Of a stretch of DNA of 64,000 bases, positions 51,350-64,000 are shown piece after piece (position 1 is the first letter of the stretch; each line of letters starts with the position of its first letter). Source of the stretch: Eledone cirrhosa (Eukaryota); NCBI GenBank assembly GCA_964016885.1, contig OZ024741.1:76012001-76076000 (forward strand), written 5' to 3'. The notes beneath the pieces are model-generated. The model searched no databases. It was not told the DNA's origin and worked only from the letters and a program-made list of their open reading frames with translations. Made by a program: the position numbers and the translations under genes.

Positions 51350-51610
51350 CACCACCTCACAGCATCAAGTAAATTCAGGTTGTCTTTAGAACTTTGGGCT
51401 TGAGACCACTAAAACTGAAAGGGTATCTTAAGAATATAAACCTGGAATCATAAGCTGTTCTCCAACAGAAGAATGCCTTGTTGGGCATTGCACGTAGTCA
51501 GAAAAGTAATGTTTGTCTAAGGTCCTTGTTGAGATTAAACACACAGTAGAATATCTAATAATTATCAAATTTACTGTGTAAACCATCAATAATAATAATA
51601 ATAATAATAT
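51350..51610 (+). mobile_element. Old R4/Dong-type 3' remnant (family F) with (AAT)n tail
   Basis: QKNALLGIAR-like terminal motif, degenerate 3' hairpin, (AAT)n at 51587-51608. Confidence 0.6.
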
Positions 51611-54600
51611 TGATTTCTTTATTCACCACAAAGGGATTACATTAAGAAAAAATTAGGACAACACAGGACGAACACATATAGTGTGTTTATGTGTGAGTGT
51701 GTAAACAGGTTTAACAATAATAAAAGAAAGGCAACAATAAAAATGTTAACAAAGAGAATATATCAATAGAGAGGAGACGTTTGAGGGCTGCTCAAGGAAA
51801 AAATCCCATAAAACTACTTGTGCCCTGATCTCCAGGGAAAGTGCCCTGTCCCAGTTGTCCTCCTGCAATCAACAGGTGTACACACAGAACAGGCTCATTC
51901 ACCCCGGGCCATACTCACCTCTCTCACCCACCTTTTAGCAAACTGGCTGGAATGCAGCACTTCCCTCTCTATCCTGATATCCTCTTCAAGGGAAACCTGA
52001 AAAAATGAATTAGGGTTTCACCGAAGAGAAAAGTGCTTGTCTTTAACACTTCCAAACGTGTCCACCATACAACCTCTTTTGCCATGGCCACCAGACAGAT
52101 GAAAACAGCCTGCCTTTCCTGGCTAAAGGAAGGTGGCAGGGCAATTTTCTTAATGGACTCAGCTAATAGCTGGATTCATCCTACATGTGACAATAGGTGT
52201 GCGACATAAACCCACATGTTAGCAATACTCAGGCACTGGATGAGTGTGTGTAGGATGGTTTTGTCACTCTGGCACATCTTGAATAGGCCCTACTGATGGT
52301 ACTTCCATGCCTGTAAAGTTTATCTTGAATTGTCAAAGCTCCCCAGTAGTACTGCCAGGTCAGGGATTTGTGTATTATCCATGGGACCTGGACCGAAAGT
52401 CCCCTCAAAAAGAGTGGTTAGTTGATTTTCGTTGATGTCTAGAGTTTCCCCAACAATGTCATCATTTTTATTTGCCACTAACCCCCTATAGAGCACCAAG
52501 GTGGAGTTTCCAAGTGCTCTTTTGCAGTGTCTGCTTGACTTAGGACTGTAGCTCCATCAAGGAGATGAGCTGAAGAACACGTGTCTAGAGAATGGCGACC
52601 ACACCTGTTCACTATTAAGGAAAAGACGGAAATGTCATAGCCTCAGTGCATGTTTGCACATCATCAACCACGACATTCCCAGTTTTCCATGCAACAGCAG
52701 ATGGACCGCCTGACCATCAAAACATGTCCCTTCAATAAGAAGCAAAAGAGCACATGCTCCAGTGCAGTCAGATAAAGCTTAGAACAAGGGATGATGGTCA
52801 GACGGTAGTAGATAGATGTGATGTATGCGTTTGTCAGCTCTGCCACCTTTTCAGTATCATCACCTTTGTTCAGGTCCTTTCTCAGCAGTGCTACTGCTCA
52901 TCAGCTCACAGAACTGGGAATTCTCCTATTCTACTGCCAGGTGCAGTAGACATCTGCCAAGAGGTCACAGAATAAGTCTGGCATATAAACATAAAGCTTG
53001 TAGAGCAGACTTTCCAAACCAGCCGTTTAACCCTTTCTGCAACATGTCATCATATCGTGTATTTCAGCAGCTGTTATCGGTTTTTCGCAATACTCTGCCT
53101 CCATCATCACGAGCTGAGGCAGGCAGTCAAAGTAAACATTAAAGTCCATCTAGCTATCTGGCCTACTGTTTCTTCTAAACAGCTGGATAAAGTGCTGCTG
53201 AAAAATCACACACATTGCTTGGCATCAAGTAACATGTGTCTGCCAAAGTGTGCCAAAGATTGGATTGAGACTTTGTTGCCATGCTGTGCCTCTGCCACTC
53301 AGGCCTATTGAATGGCTTTCATTCTCTCGTGTCTAAGAGCACACATCTTATCTATGATAATGCAGCCTTCATGCTCAGTATTGAAGAATTGGTCTAGGAC
53401 CAATATCGCTGCAAGCATGTCAGCTGCTATTTGCCTCGTTTAGTTTTTTAACTAGTTCTTCCTCTACTCTAGTTTTTTCTATTGCTATAGCTTTAGTAAA
53501 CCCTATCGATTCTACTCTAATCGCTAATTTTGATGGCAAGCCACCATTTGTTGTTGACGTTTGCCCCTGTCAATGCCTAATTCACTAATCCGATCTCTGT
53601 AGGCTTTATGCAATAAAAATGACATGTTCAGCTTCCAGTAACCAGGTCTCTCTCTATGGAGCCTATATGGATTAACCAAAGATCACAAATTTGTGGTCTG
53701 TATAGTCAGCTACTTTAAATTGTATATAACCTATGCTATTCTTATCTACTTTCCTACCGAATACCCTATCTAGATGTGATCTGGATGACCTGATGCGTTT
53801 AGTCCATGCCCAAATTGGTATATTCGGGAAATCCAGTGAGTACCTGTCAGACAGTTGGAAGCGTCAGAGCAGGTTTGCAAGGCTTTTATATCCTCCTCTC
53901 TTATCTGCTAGTCCCACTCAGTTCCAGTGTGAATCCAAGATACTGTTACTAACAATAAAGAGCGCGTCATTCCTAGAAAGGTCTCCAGGCGCCTGAAGAA
54001 ATCATTTCATCCTGCCTCTGTTAGAGCATAGACTGTGACTAGCCTGAAGGCATGCTCTTTGTTAGTGGTCACATCCAGCACCACCGACTTACCTTCCAGG
54101 TCCAGGAAGATGGTCCGTATTGCGAAATCCAAGCTTTTCTGGAACAACACACCAATTCCGCCTCCAGATCTCATGCTACTTGGAGTTGCATACACCTTAT
54201 AGCCACCCAAAATGGGTGTGAAGATTCGTGCATTGAAAATTCTGGTCTTACTGATGACCACCACATCTATGCCCAGTGACCTGAGGTCATTGAGCAAGTG
54301 GCCTTGCTTCCAAGATGACTCCAGGCCACATGCATTTACACTGTTTACCTAGCTTGAGTGTAGCCATGTTCGATGAAGAAGAGGAAAAAGTGGGAAGTAC
54401 CACTTACCTTAGATTTTGGGGAGGAAGGATAGTTGATCCATCCTTCCAGCTAGTTATGGGCTCTTGCACCAAAATGTCGGTATAGTTTCTTTTGGAGAGT
54501 GTCCTTCGGAAGTCTCTAATTACATCGGGAATTTGTATTTTAAATGTGTGATTTGTATAATTTGTATGTTTGTAGGTAGTGTGCCTTTTTGGGGTGTGAT

Positions 54601-56100
54601 ATAGTCTTTTTCTCTAATTGTGGAGTTGTGTTGTATATAGTTCAGTAGTTTTCTATCGTTAGTGTTTACTGGTGTGCAGTGTGCGATGTTGGTATCCTTT
54701 TGTTGTAATTGCTGTTGTTGATGTTGTTGCAGATGTAGGTTTGGTTTGTTTGGGATATTGTTGGTGTCTGTGGTGTCTGTTGTGGTGTTGATGCTGGTGG
54801 TGGTGGGGATGAGGGTGTATGTGTTTGTTGCCTTCCTGCTTTTGCTATTTTTTCTCACTTTCACCCCCTCTTTTCGAGGGCGAAGATAGGGAGTTATTTC
54901 TTTTCTTTTTTTGTTTTGCAGACTGCTTGCCAATCCTCACCTTCATCAGAATGTATGTCCAACTGTGCGACGTCGGGGAGTGGCATGTCTTTGATGGGCA
55001 TTGGTGTTGTTGCTGATAGTGACAGTTCTGTTGGCGCTGTTGGTAGTGGTGTTGGTCTTGTTCCAGTTATTGGTTTTGCTGTTGCTGATGTAGCTGCTGC
55101 TACTGGTGTCCGTGTTGCTGTTGTTTTTCTTAATGTTGGTGATGTTGCTGTCTGGGTTTTGGTATTGTTGGTTGCTGTTGGTGAGTTCTTTGGTGTTGGT
55201 AAGAGAAGGGCTTGCCTCTCTTTTCTCTTCAGTGTTAGACAGAACACAATTAGATGATTTATTGAAAGATGTGACATTTGATCTACCTCTCCTCTACTCT
55301 AATGGGTAGGATGCTGCTGCTTGGGAGAGGGATTTGTTCCAGAAAGGCATCCCTATTTTCATGACTGGTTTGGATGAGGATTTCAACCCCATCCCCGACC
55401 AGTTCTATTTTTAGTTTAGTAGAGTTCGAGGATTTTTGACTTTTTCTCAATGTCTACTGTGACTGCAACAATTAGCCAAGGAATGTTTATTTCAGGCAGT
55501 ACCTGCTGGACACAGATCCTTGCTAGTTTCTATCGGCAGTAGTAAGGGACTAGCAGGATCTCTTCACTTTGTAGAGGTTTTAGGGAGTGAGATCTTGCTT
55601 CCTCTTCTGTTGAAAATCTCACCTCTACTGAGCCAAAACTCTTGGATGTTAGATTTTAGGTTCCATACTGAACCTAAAGCATTTTATATTTGAGCCTCTG
55701 GATCTCTCTACCTTCCTTGTTTTTAAACCAATAATACAGTATATCACCAAGCAATAAACCATATTTTAGATGAGTTAACAGGAGTGTTGAGGCTGACACT
55801 ATGGCCAGCTGTTTCCACCAGCCGTTTAGCCTATTGTACTTCTTCCTCAAAGTAAGTTACACTTTGGAAGGAAGATTTCATAGTACTAGGGAAGGCATCT
55901 ATCATAAGAATTGCTTCTTTTCTTCATCTCCCACATTTTGGTTGTCTCTATCTTTAGACCTTTATATTTGGATAATTTTTTCCTCTTCTTTTAGAGATAA
56001 CATTATGATCAGTTAGGACTTTCCACACTGGATCAATCAAGAGAAACTTCTTATTTTTTTATGATCCTTAATAACAATATACAGTTTATTAGCCTAAACT
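51611..56100 (-). mobile_element. Second, more decayed Tx1-type element with internal RT deletion
   Basis: Collinear with 31571-36930 (LNDLRSLGIDVVVISKTR, FLDLEGKSVVLDVT). The ~700 bp equivalent to 32870-33580 is missing at ~52850. 5' end approximate. Confidence 0.8.
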
Positions 56101-56386
56101 TACTCGTTATAAGGATTGGATTATCTTAAGCATGTTAAGAATCTCTACTATTACTACTACTACTACACACAAGAATTATCAGCATAACCTAAAATGTGAT
56201 AAAGCCACACCTTTGAATTACAAGGTTTCTGTCTACCCAATTTCACTCCCAAGGCATGGATTGATCTACAGCTATGCTAAAACAAGATACAAAACAAGCA
56301 TTTGTCTAAAATGTCAGGCAGTAGGATCAAACCAGGAAATGAATTTCTTAGCTACTCAGCCATAACTGTGCCCACTCTTCCAGTAT

Positions 56387-56620
56387 ATCATCATCATCAT
56401 CGTTTAACGTCCATATTCCACGTTTGCATGAGTTTGGACGGGAATTTTCCCACTTGAGGCAAGATTGGTTGTCTTGCTCGTATAGGACTGTCTGGCGGGT
56501 TTTCTACGGCTGGATGCCCTTCCTAACACCAACCACGTTTACAGTGAAGACTGGGAGGTTTTTACCGTGTTACCTACACGGCCACATTACAGCGTGGACT
56601 GTGTGTTTTTTTTTGTCGTG
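56387..56620 (-). mobile_element. RTE-tailed SINE
   Basis: (CAT)n-CGTTTAACGTCC...TTTCTACGGCTGGATGCCCTTCCTAACACCAACCAC. Confidence 0.65.
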
Positions 56621-57029
56621 ACACCTACACAACCTCATTTGTTTCGGACTGGATGTTGTGGTACCAACATAACTTTACATTGAAAGGGGTGGTGTGGATG
56701 GGGTAGGGGTAGTGGGACGGGGGTGTATTTTTGTTAGAGGTGCCTACTGACTGTAGGTTTCGCTTTGTACTTAGGCAAGGCGGGTCTTCTGTATTACTGT
56801 GTAGCGCCAAAGATCTCGGTCCAGTGACATTGTCTTGGAGAGGTGTAAGTGTATGAGGTCGGAATTTATCAAGTCGTCCCATATATATATGTATATTAAG
56901 ACAACATGACCCTCCCCAAATATAACAATATCTGTTTCAACACAAGATTTCATATCAAAAACCTTACAAAACAAATACATCGCTGCAACTTCTAGAGAGC
57001 TCCCCTACTTCTATAGAGCTCCTCTGTGT

Positions 57030-57090
<61 letters not shown>

Positions 57091-57541
57091 CATGCATGTG
57101 TGAATGTGTGTGTATGTGTGTGTGTGTCTATGCCTGTTGTTATATTTCTTTATGTCCCATAACTTAGTGGTTTGACAAAAAGGGATTGATGAAATAAGTA
57201 TCAGACTCGAAAAAAAGTACTGGAGTTGATATGATTGTCGAAATCCCTTCAAGGCAATGGTCCTTCAGCACAGCCACAGTCATGCTTAAAACTGGTAAAA
57301 TAATAAAAGAATATCCCTCCAATTTTCAAAGACAGGAGTGTGTGATTTGAGGTTAGATTTGGTTGCTGTTTTTAGTATATTTGTTACCTATGTGTTGTGT
57401 TCTTAGGCCACTATTACCTCCAATAAGAGTGTTCCAGCTGTTAAAACAACACAACACTTTACTCACGAAATCAGCATGGAAGTGGCTGAGAATTCCACAG
57501 ACATGTGCATGCTTAAAATAATTCTCAAAGAGATTCAGTGT

Positions 57542-57734
57542 AGGTGACACAACAAAAAGCACCTAGTACACCCTGTAAATGTGGTTGGTGTTAGGAAGGG
57601 CATCCAGTTATAGAAACCAAGGCAGAAATGGTTCTGTATGAGCAAGACATGGTCACCAGACCCAACTTGCCTCAAACGGGACAACCAGTCTAACCCATGC
57701 TAGCGTGGAAAAATGAACATTAAATGGTGATGAT
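57542..57734 (+). mobile_element. RTE-tailed SINE inserted into an older SINE
   Basis: TSD GATTCAGTGT at 57532-57541 and 57735-57744. Ends CCCATGCTAGCGTGG...(GAT)n. Confidence 0.7.
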
Positions 57735-58259
57735 GATTCAGTGTGATATATTGCGAAACAAGGTTAACCCTTTGAATTATAGGTACAATTACTTTTTGCT
57801 AGCTGAGTGTCTTGCACAAGTAAACAATGTGCTGTCCATTCCAGAAATTGAAATTATAACCTCATGATCATGATCTAAATACCCAAATCATAAAGCTACG
57901 TGACTTCATAATCGGATAACTATGTAGTTATTTTCTGTGTGAATTCTGTAATACACGTGAATTGATAAATTGTGGTGTTAATTTTCGAATATACATAACT
58001 TTCTTATTGAAATTATTTTTAGAACGAAGGAACAAAAGCAAAAGATTTTTTCCTGAAGTTTAAACCCTATATTTGTATTATTCATTTATCTATGGGAAGA
58101 AAACACTGCCTTTATTTTCTAATCATGTGAAAAGTTATTTTGTGGCTGCAACAGGTGACATCAATGTGCAATACTCTCAACACAAACAGACATATGGCAT
58201 ACTCACACACACACGCACACACACACATATATATATATATATATAAATGTGATAACCTT

Positions 58260-58980
58260 CTGTAGACTACTAATACGTTCTGTGGCTAGAGCAAAGCAGA
58301 GGGTGACCTGGTGGTAAAACAGGCTTGTAGATATAGTTCAGGAGTGGAAAACTGAAAAATTGAAGGTATCAAAGATCAATACTATGTAGTTAAAAAAACA
58401 GCTAGATGACAGGTATACATAGCATGCATAAATCCTGAAAGCAGGAGATTTTCCAATGTTTTGTGACATGAGCATAAGAAGCATGAGGCGTTCTGCAATA
58501 CAAAGCTGTGTTTGAAATTATGCCCATGTACTTAGCATCACTGACACTCAAAAGAGAAAGGCCTGGAAATGCTCTTATGAGAGGTTGATGGATGTGGAGA
58601 ATGAATGGAAAAAGAAAGAAACTACCCCTAGTTGACCCAATGGAGGGGCCAGCAATTGAAATTGACAGTTAAAGGGTCAAGGAAGCAATCAAGGAGATGA
58701 AATATGATAAAACTGCTAAGCTGTTAGAGATAGTCGTTGAGATTTTAAAATCATCTAGGGAAGTAAGAGCTGAAATAGACACTCGCATAATTAATCAGGT
58801 AATACAAAATGAGGTCATACCCAATGACTGGCATAGTAGTATACTCATTAATTGTTTTAAGGCAAAAAGGGGTGTGCTAGATAGAAAAAACTGCAAGTGC
58901 ATAAAACTGATGGACTAAGTAATGAAATTGACAGAAAGAGTTTTATTACAAATAATTAGGAAAAGAGTTAAATTCTATGA
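58260..58980 (+). mobile_element. Degenerate RTE LINE fragment (pre-RT and early RT)
   Basis: IPNDWHSSILINCFKAKRGVLDRKNCKCIKLMD. Confidence 0.7.
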
Positions 58981-60848
58981 GTTTCTGATGTTAGTGTTGT
59001 CAGTGATTTACATGATAAACGCACCCAGTACACTCTATAAAGTGGTTGGTTATAGGAAGGACATCCAGCTATAGAAAACTTGCCAAAGGGTTTAGAAGAT
59101 TCTTCAGCTGTGTCCAAGACATGACAACTTCCCTAGTGTTGGTGACACAACAAAATGAATTCAGTAGAGCGCAGGTCACTGGTCTACCTGGAGGTCAGAT
59201 TCTCCATTTAAATACTGATGGGTCTGTGACATTTTCAACCCTTGGTAGCAAGAAAAATGAATATCAAACAACATTGATGATGATGATGATGATGATGATG
59301 GCAACAGTGTAAAGTTGTTGTTGTTGTCATTCTTAATGATGTAGTTGTTGTCACCGTTTTTATTGTTGTTGTTACTGTTGTTATTGTTGTTGTTGTTGCT
59401 GATGTTGGTACTATGGTGGTGTTGCTATGTTGTTTATGATGTGTAATTGTTGTTATTGTTGAAGTTGTTACTGTTGTTGTGGTGGTGGTGGTGGTGGTGG
59501 GGGGGGGGACAGTTTTTTTTGCTCTTATTTTTGCTGTTCTGTTGCTGTTATTATTGTTGTATTCGTAGTTGCTGATGTTACTGTTGTTGTCGTTACAATT
59601 GTCGTAGTTCTTGTTACTGTTGTTTAATATATCACATTATTTTCATGATCTCACCCCTGCTTTTTTGTTTGTTTGTTTTTGTCTTCCGTTTCTCAGCCCA
59701 GAGCCAGATGACTGATTGTCTGCCTTTCTCAGTCTGCTGATATGTGTATGTCAGTTATCAAAGAATTCCTGCTTATTGTCCATTCTTTATGGACACACCC
59801 ACACACAAATGCACATACACACACGCACATACATTCGTATTTATATACATATTTATGTATTTGCTGGTACCCCATCAATTATGATGATAAGTTTTTCAGT
59901 TGATACTATCAATGGAACAGGCTGCTCATGAAATTAACATGTAAATAGCTGAGTATTCCACAGACACATGTACCCTTCACATATTTCTCAGAAAGATACA
60001 TGACATATATGGTCAACATCTACAGATTGTAGTCTATATAGTCAACATCTACACACTGGAGTCTATCTCTATTTAACAACTACACACTGTAGTCTAGTTG
60101 TTACCTGTCTTAGTGTTTCTTTTAATTTTATCTCATCGGAATTAATATTTTTTCATATTTATGGTGTTACACTTTCTTCAAAAGAATGTTTTTGATCACA
60201 ACATTCTTAGTTGACTGCGTATCCTTCAGAAACACTCTGACATAGTATTTTTTTAAAATCATATTCATTTAAAAAATACTTTTTAAAAAAGATCATGTTC
60301 ACTTTAAAATAATTTTTAAATAATTAAAATATTGTGTGCTTAATAATTAAAATATTGTGTGCTTAATAATTGAAATATTGTCTGCTTAAAGAAAGCTAAA
60401 ATATGAATACTTACTATACACAGCAAAGCAGGATCTCTCCCTGTTTGTCTGTAACTTGACTGCACTAAGGCTTTTCGGAAATGAAACAATGGTAAGTGCA
60501 CGAGCGATCTGATTGGTTATCACGGAGCTGTTGGCGATTTATTAAGGTACCCGGAAAAACCCGTATCTCAGAAACTCGTGTTTTATTCCGTTTGTATTGA
60601 CATTTCAGGAGAAACTTCCTTTCAAAGTATATTCCCATTGTGCGCCGTTTTGGCTGTATTAAAGCACAGACAAGACACAATCACAGAGTTTTAGTAGAAT
60701 ACTCGACCACCTGTGACCCATTGGGTCACATTCACTTAAAAATATATTTTTTAAATCGTGCTCACTTAAAAATAATTGATAAATAATTGAAATGTACACA
60801 GATATGTACATAAAGTAAAATGAAATTGGAAGGCCCATATATATACGC

Positions 60849-60880
<32 letters not shown>

Positions 60881-60931
60881 ATATATATATGTGGTTGTCT
60901 GTGACCTATATACACTGTTCACAGACACACA

Positions 60932-61055
<124 letters not shown>

Positions 61056-61247
61056 TAGAAATCCTTCCTATTTAGCAGGAAATATTCGCTACACCCATCC
61101 TGTCCTAACACAAGTTATATGATACATATGACTTAATATTCAGTCACCAAATTCAAGTTAGATACATTAATGCTGTATTCGATTCTTTGAAGTTACCTGT
61201 TATAATTTCATTCAACACCATCAGTTCTCTCTCTCTCTCTTCCATTT

Positions 61248-61324
<77 letters not shown>

Positions 61325-61379
61325 TTCAATCTACTCTCTCACAACCACTATCTCTTTCTCTCTATTTCTACAGTGTATA

Positions 61380-64000
61380 GAAACTTCTACACACTGGAGT
61401 CTATCTAGTTAATATATACACACTGTTGTCTATCTAGAAAACATCTACACACTGTAGTCTATCTATAGTCAACATCTACACACTGTAGTCTATCTATAGT
61501 CAACATCTACACACTGTAGTCTATATATAGTCAACATCTACACACTGTAGTATATATATAGTCAACATCTACACACTGTAGTCTATATGTAGTTAACATC
61601 TACACACTGTAGTCTATATAGTTAATATCTACACACTGTAGTCTATATATAGTCAACATCTACACACTGTAGTCTATATATAGTCAACATCTACACACTG
61701 TAGTCTATCTATAGTCAATATCTACACACTGTAATCTATATATAGTCAACATCTACACACTGTAGTCTATATATAGTTAACATCTACAGACTGTAGTCTA
61801 TTATATAGTGAACATCTACACACTGTAGTCTATATATAGTCAACATCTACACACTGTAGTCTATATATAGTCAACATCTACACACTGTAGTCTATCTATA
61901 GTCATCTTCTATACACTGTAGTCTATCTATAGTTAACATCTACACACTGTAGTCTATATATAGTTAACATCTACACACTGTAGTCTATATATAGTCAACA
62001 TCTACACACTGTAGTATATATATAGTCAACATCTACACACTGTAGTATATATATAATCAACATCTACACACTGTAGTCTATCTATAGTCAACATCTACAC
62101 ACTGTAGTCTACCTATAGTCAACATCTACACACTGTAGTCTATATATAGTTAACATCTACACTCTGTAGTATATATATAGTCAACATCTACACACTGTAG
62201 TCTATATATAGTCAACATCTACACACTGTAGTCTATATATAGTCAACATCTACACACTGTAGTCTATATATAGTTAACATCTACACACAGTAGTCTATAT
62301 ATAGTTAACATCTACACATTGTAGTATATATATAGTCAACATCTACACACTGTAGTCTATATATAGTTAACATCTACACTCTGTAGTATATATATAGTTA
62401 ACATCTACACACAGTAGTCTATATATAGTCAACATCTACACACTGTAGTCTATATATAGTCAACATCTACACACTGTAGTATATATATAGTCAACATCTA
62501 CACACTGTAGTATATATATAATCAACATCTACACACTGTAGTCTATCTATAGTCAACATCTACACACTGTAGTCTATCTATAGTCAACATCTACACACTG
62601 TAGTCTATATATAGTTAACATCTACACTCTGTAGTATATATATAGTCAACATCTACACACTGTAGTCTATATATAGTCAACATCTACACACTGTAGTCTA
62701 TATATAGTCAACATCTACACACTGTAGTCTATATATAGTTAACATCTACACACAGTAGTCTATATATAGTTAACATCTACACATTGTAGTATATATATAG
62801 TCAACATCTACACACTGTAGTCTATATATAGTTAACATCTACACTCTGTAGTATATATATAGTTAACATCTACACACAGTAGTCTATATATAGTCAACAT
62901 CTACACACTGTAGTCTATATATAGTCAACATCTACACACTGTAGTCTATATATAGTTAACATCTACACACTGTAGTCTATATATAGTCAACATCTACACA
63001 CTGTAGTATATATATAGTCAACATCTACACACTGTAGTATATATATAGTCAACATCTACACACTGTAGTCTATATATAGTTAACATCTACACACTGTAGT
63101 CTATATAGTTAATATCTACACACTGTAGTCTATATATAGTCAACATCTACACACTGTAGTCTATATATAGTCAACATCTACACATTGTAGTCTATTATAT
63201 AGTTAACATCTACACACTGTAGTATATATATATAGTCAACATCTACACACTGTAGTCTATATATAGTTAACATATATACACTGTAATCTATATATAGTTA
63301 ACATCTACACACTGTAGTCTATCTATAGTCAATATCTACATGCTGTAATCTATATATAGTCAACATCTACACACTGTAGTATATATATATAGTCAACATC
63401 TACACATTGTAGTATATATATATAGTCAACATCTACACACTGTAGTTTATATATATAGTCAACATCTACACACTGTAATATATATAGTCAAGATCTACAC
63501 ACTGTAGTCTATCTATAGTCAATATCTACACACTGTAGTATATATATAGTCAACACCTACACATTGTAGTCTATATATAGTCAACATCTACACACTGTAG
63601 TCTATATATAGTCAACATCTACACACTGTAGTCTATCTATAGTTAACATCTACAGACTGTAGTCTATATATAGTCAACATCTACACACTGTAGTCTATAT
63701 ATAGTCAACATCTACACACTGTAGTCTATTATATAGTCAACATCTACACACTGTAGTCTATCTATAGTTAACATCTACAGACTATAGTCTATATATAGTC
63801 AACATCTACACACCGTAGTCTATCTATAGTCAACATCTACACACTGTAGTCTATCTATAGTCATCATCTACACCCTGTAGTCTATATATAGTCAACATCT
63901 ACACACTGTAGTCTATATATAGTCAACACCTACACACTGTAGTCTATATATAGTTAACATCTACACACTGTAGTCTATATATAGTCAACATCTACACACT
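61380..64000. repeat. 31-bp tandem satellite (GTCAACATCTACACACTGTAGTCTATATATA)n running off the window end
   Basis: More than 80 visible units with recurrent variants. A few diverged units also at ~60005-60095. Confidence 0.97.

Noticed and set aside
61380-64000. CRISPR-like array
   Set aside because: Contiguous tandem units without unique spacers, in a eukaryotic context with no cas genes.

Overview
AT-rich, microsatellite-dense animal DNA made almost entirely of repeats. The repertoire suggests an octopus/cephalopod genome (inference only). No host gene, rRNA or true tRNA is supported. Main contents: (1) A ~25 kb stack (31.1-56.1 kb) of non-LTR retrotransposons at (AAT)n runs. Seven R4/Dong-type restriction-like-endonuclease copies or remnants from about five families lie head-to-tail on +, and two Tx1-type elements lie on -. 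The R4/Dong 3' UTRs share a covarying stem with an NGGNN loop. (2) Penelope-like elements (PLEs) and non-coding ~450-690 bp tandem/inverted repeats at (TA)n runs. They carry type-I hammerhead ribozyme (HHR) motifs from about eight unrelated families, several with large branched stem-II insertions (retrozyme candidates). (3) A full-length RTE LINE with a 10-bp TSD and one frameshift. (4) Helitron, hAT-like, CR1, RTE and SINE debris, often nested. (5) A 31-bp satellite from ~61.4 kb to the window end. All family assignments and RNA folds were made by eye and need confirmation.
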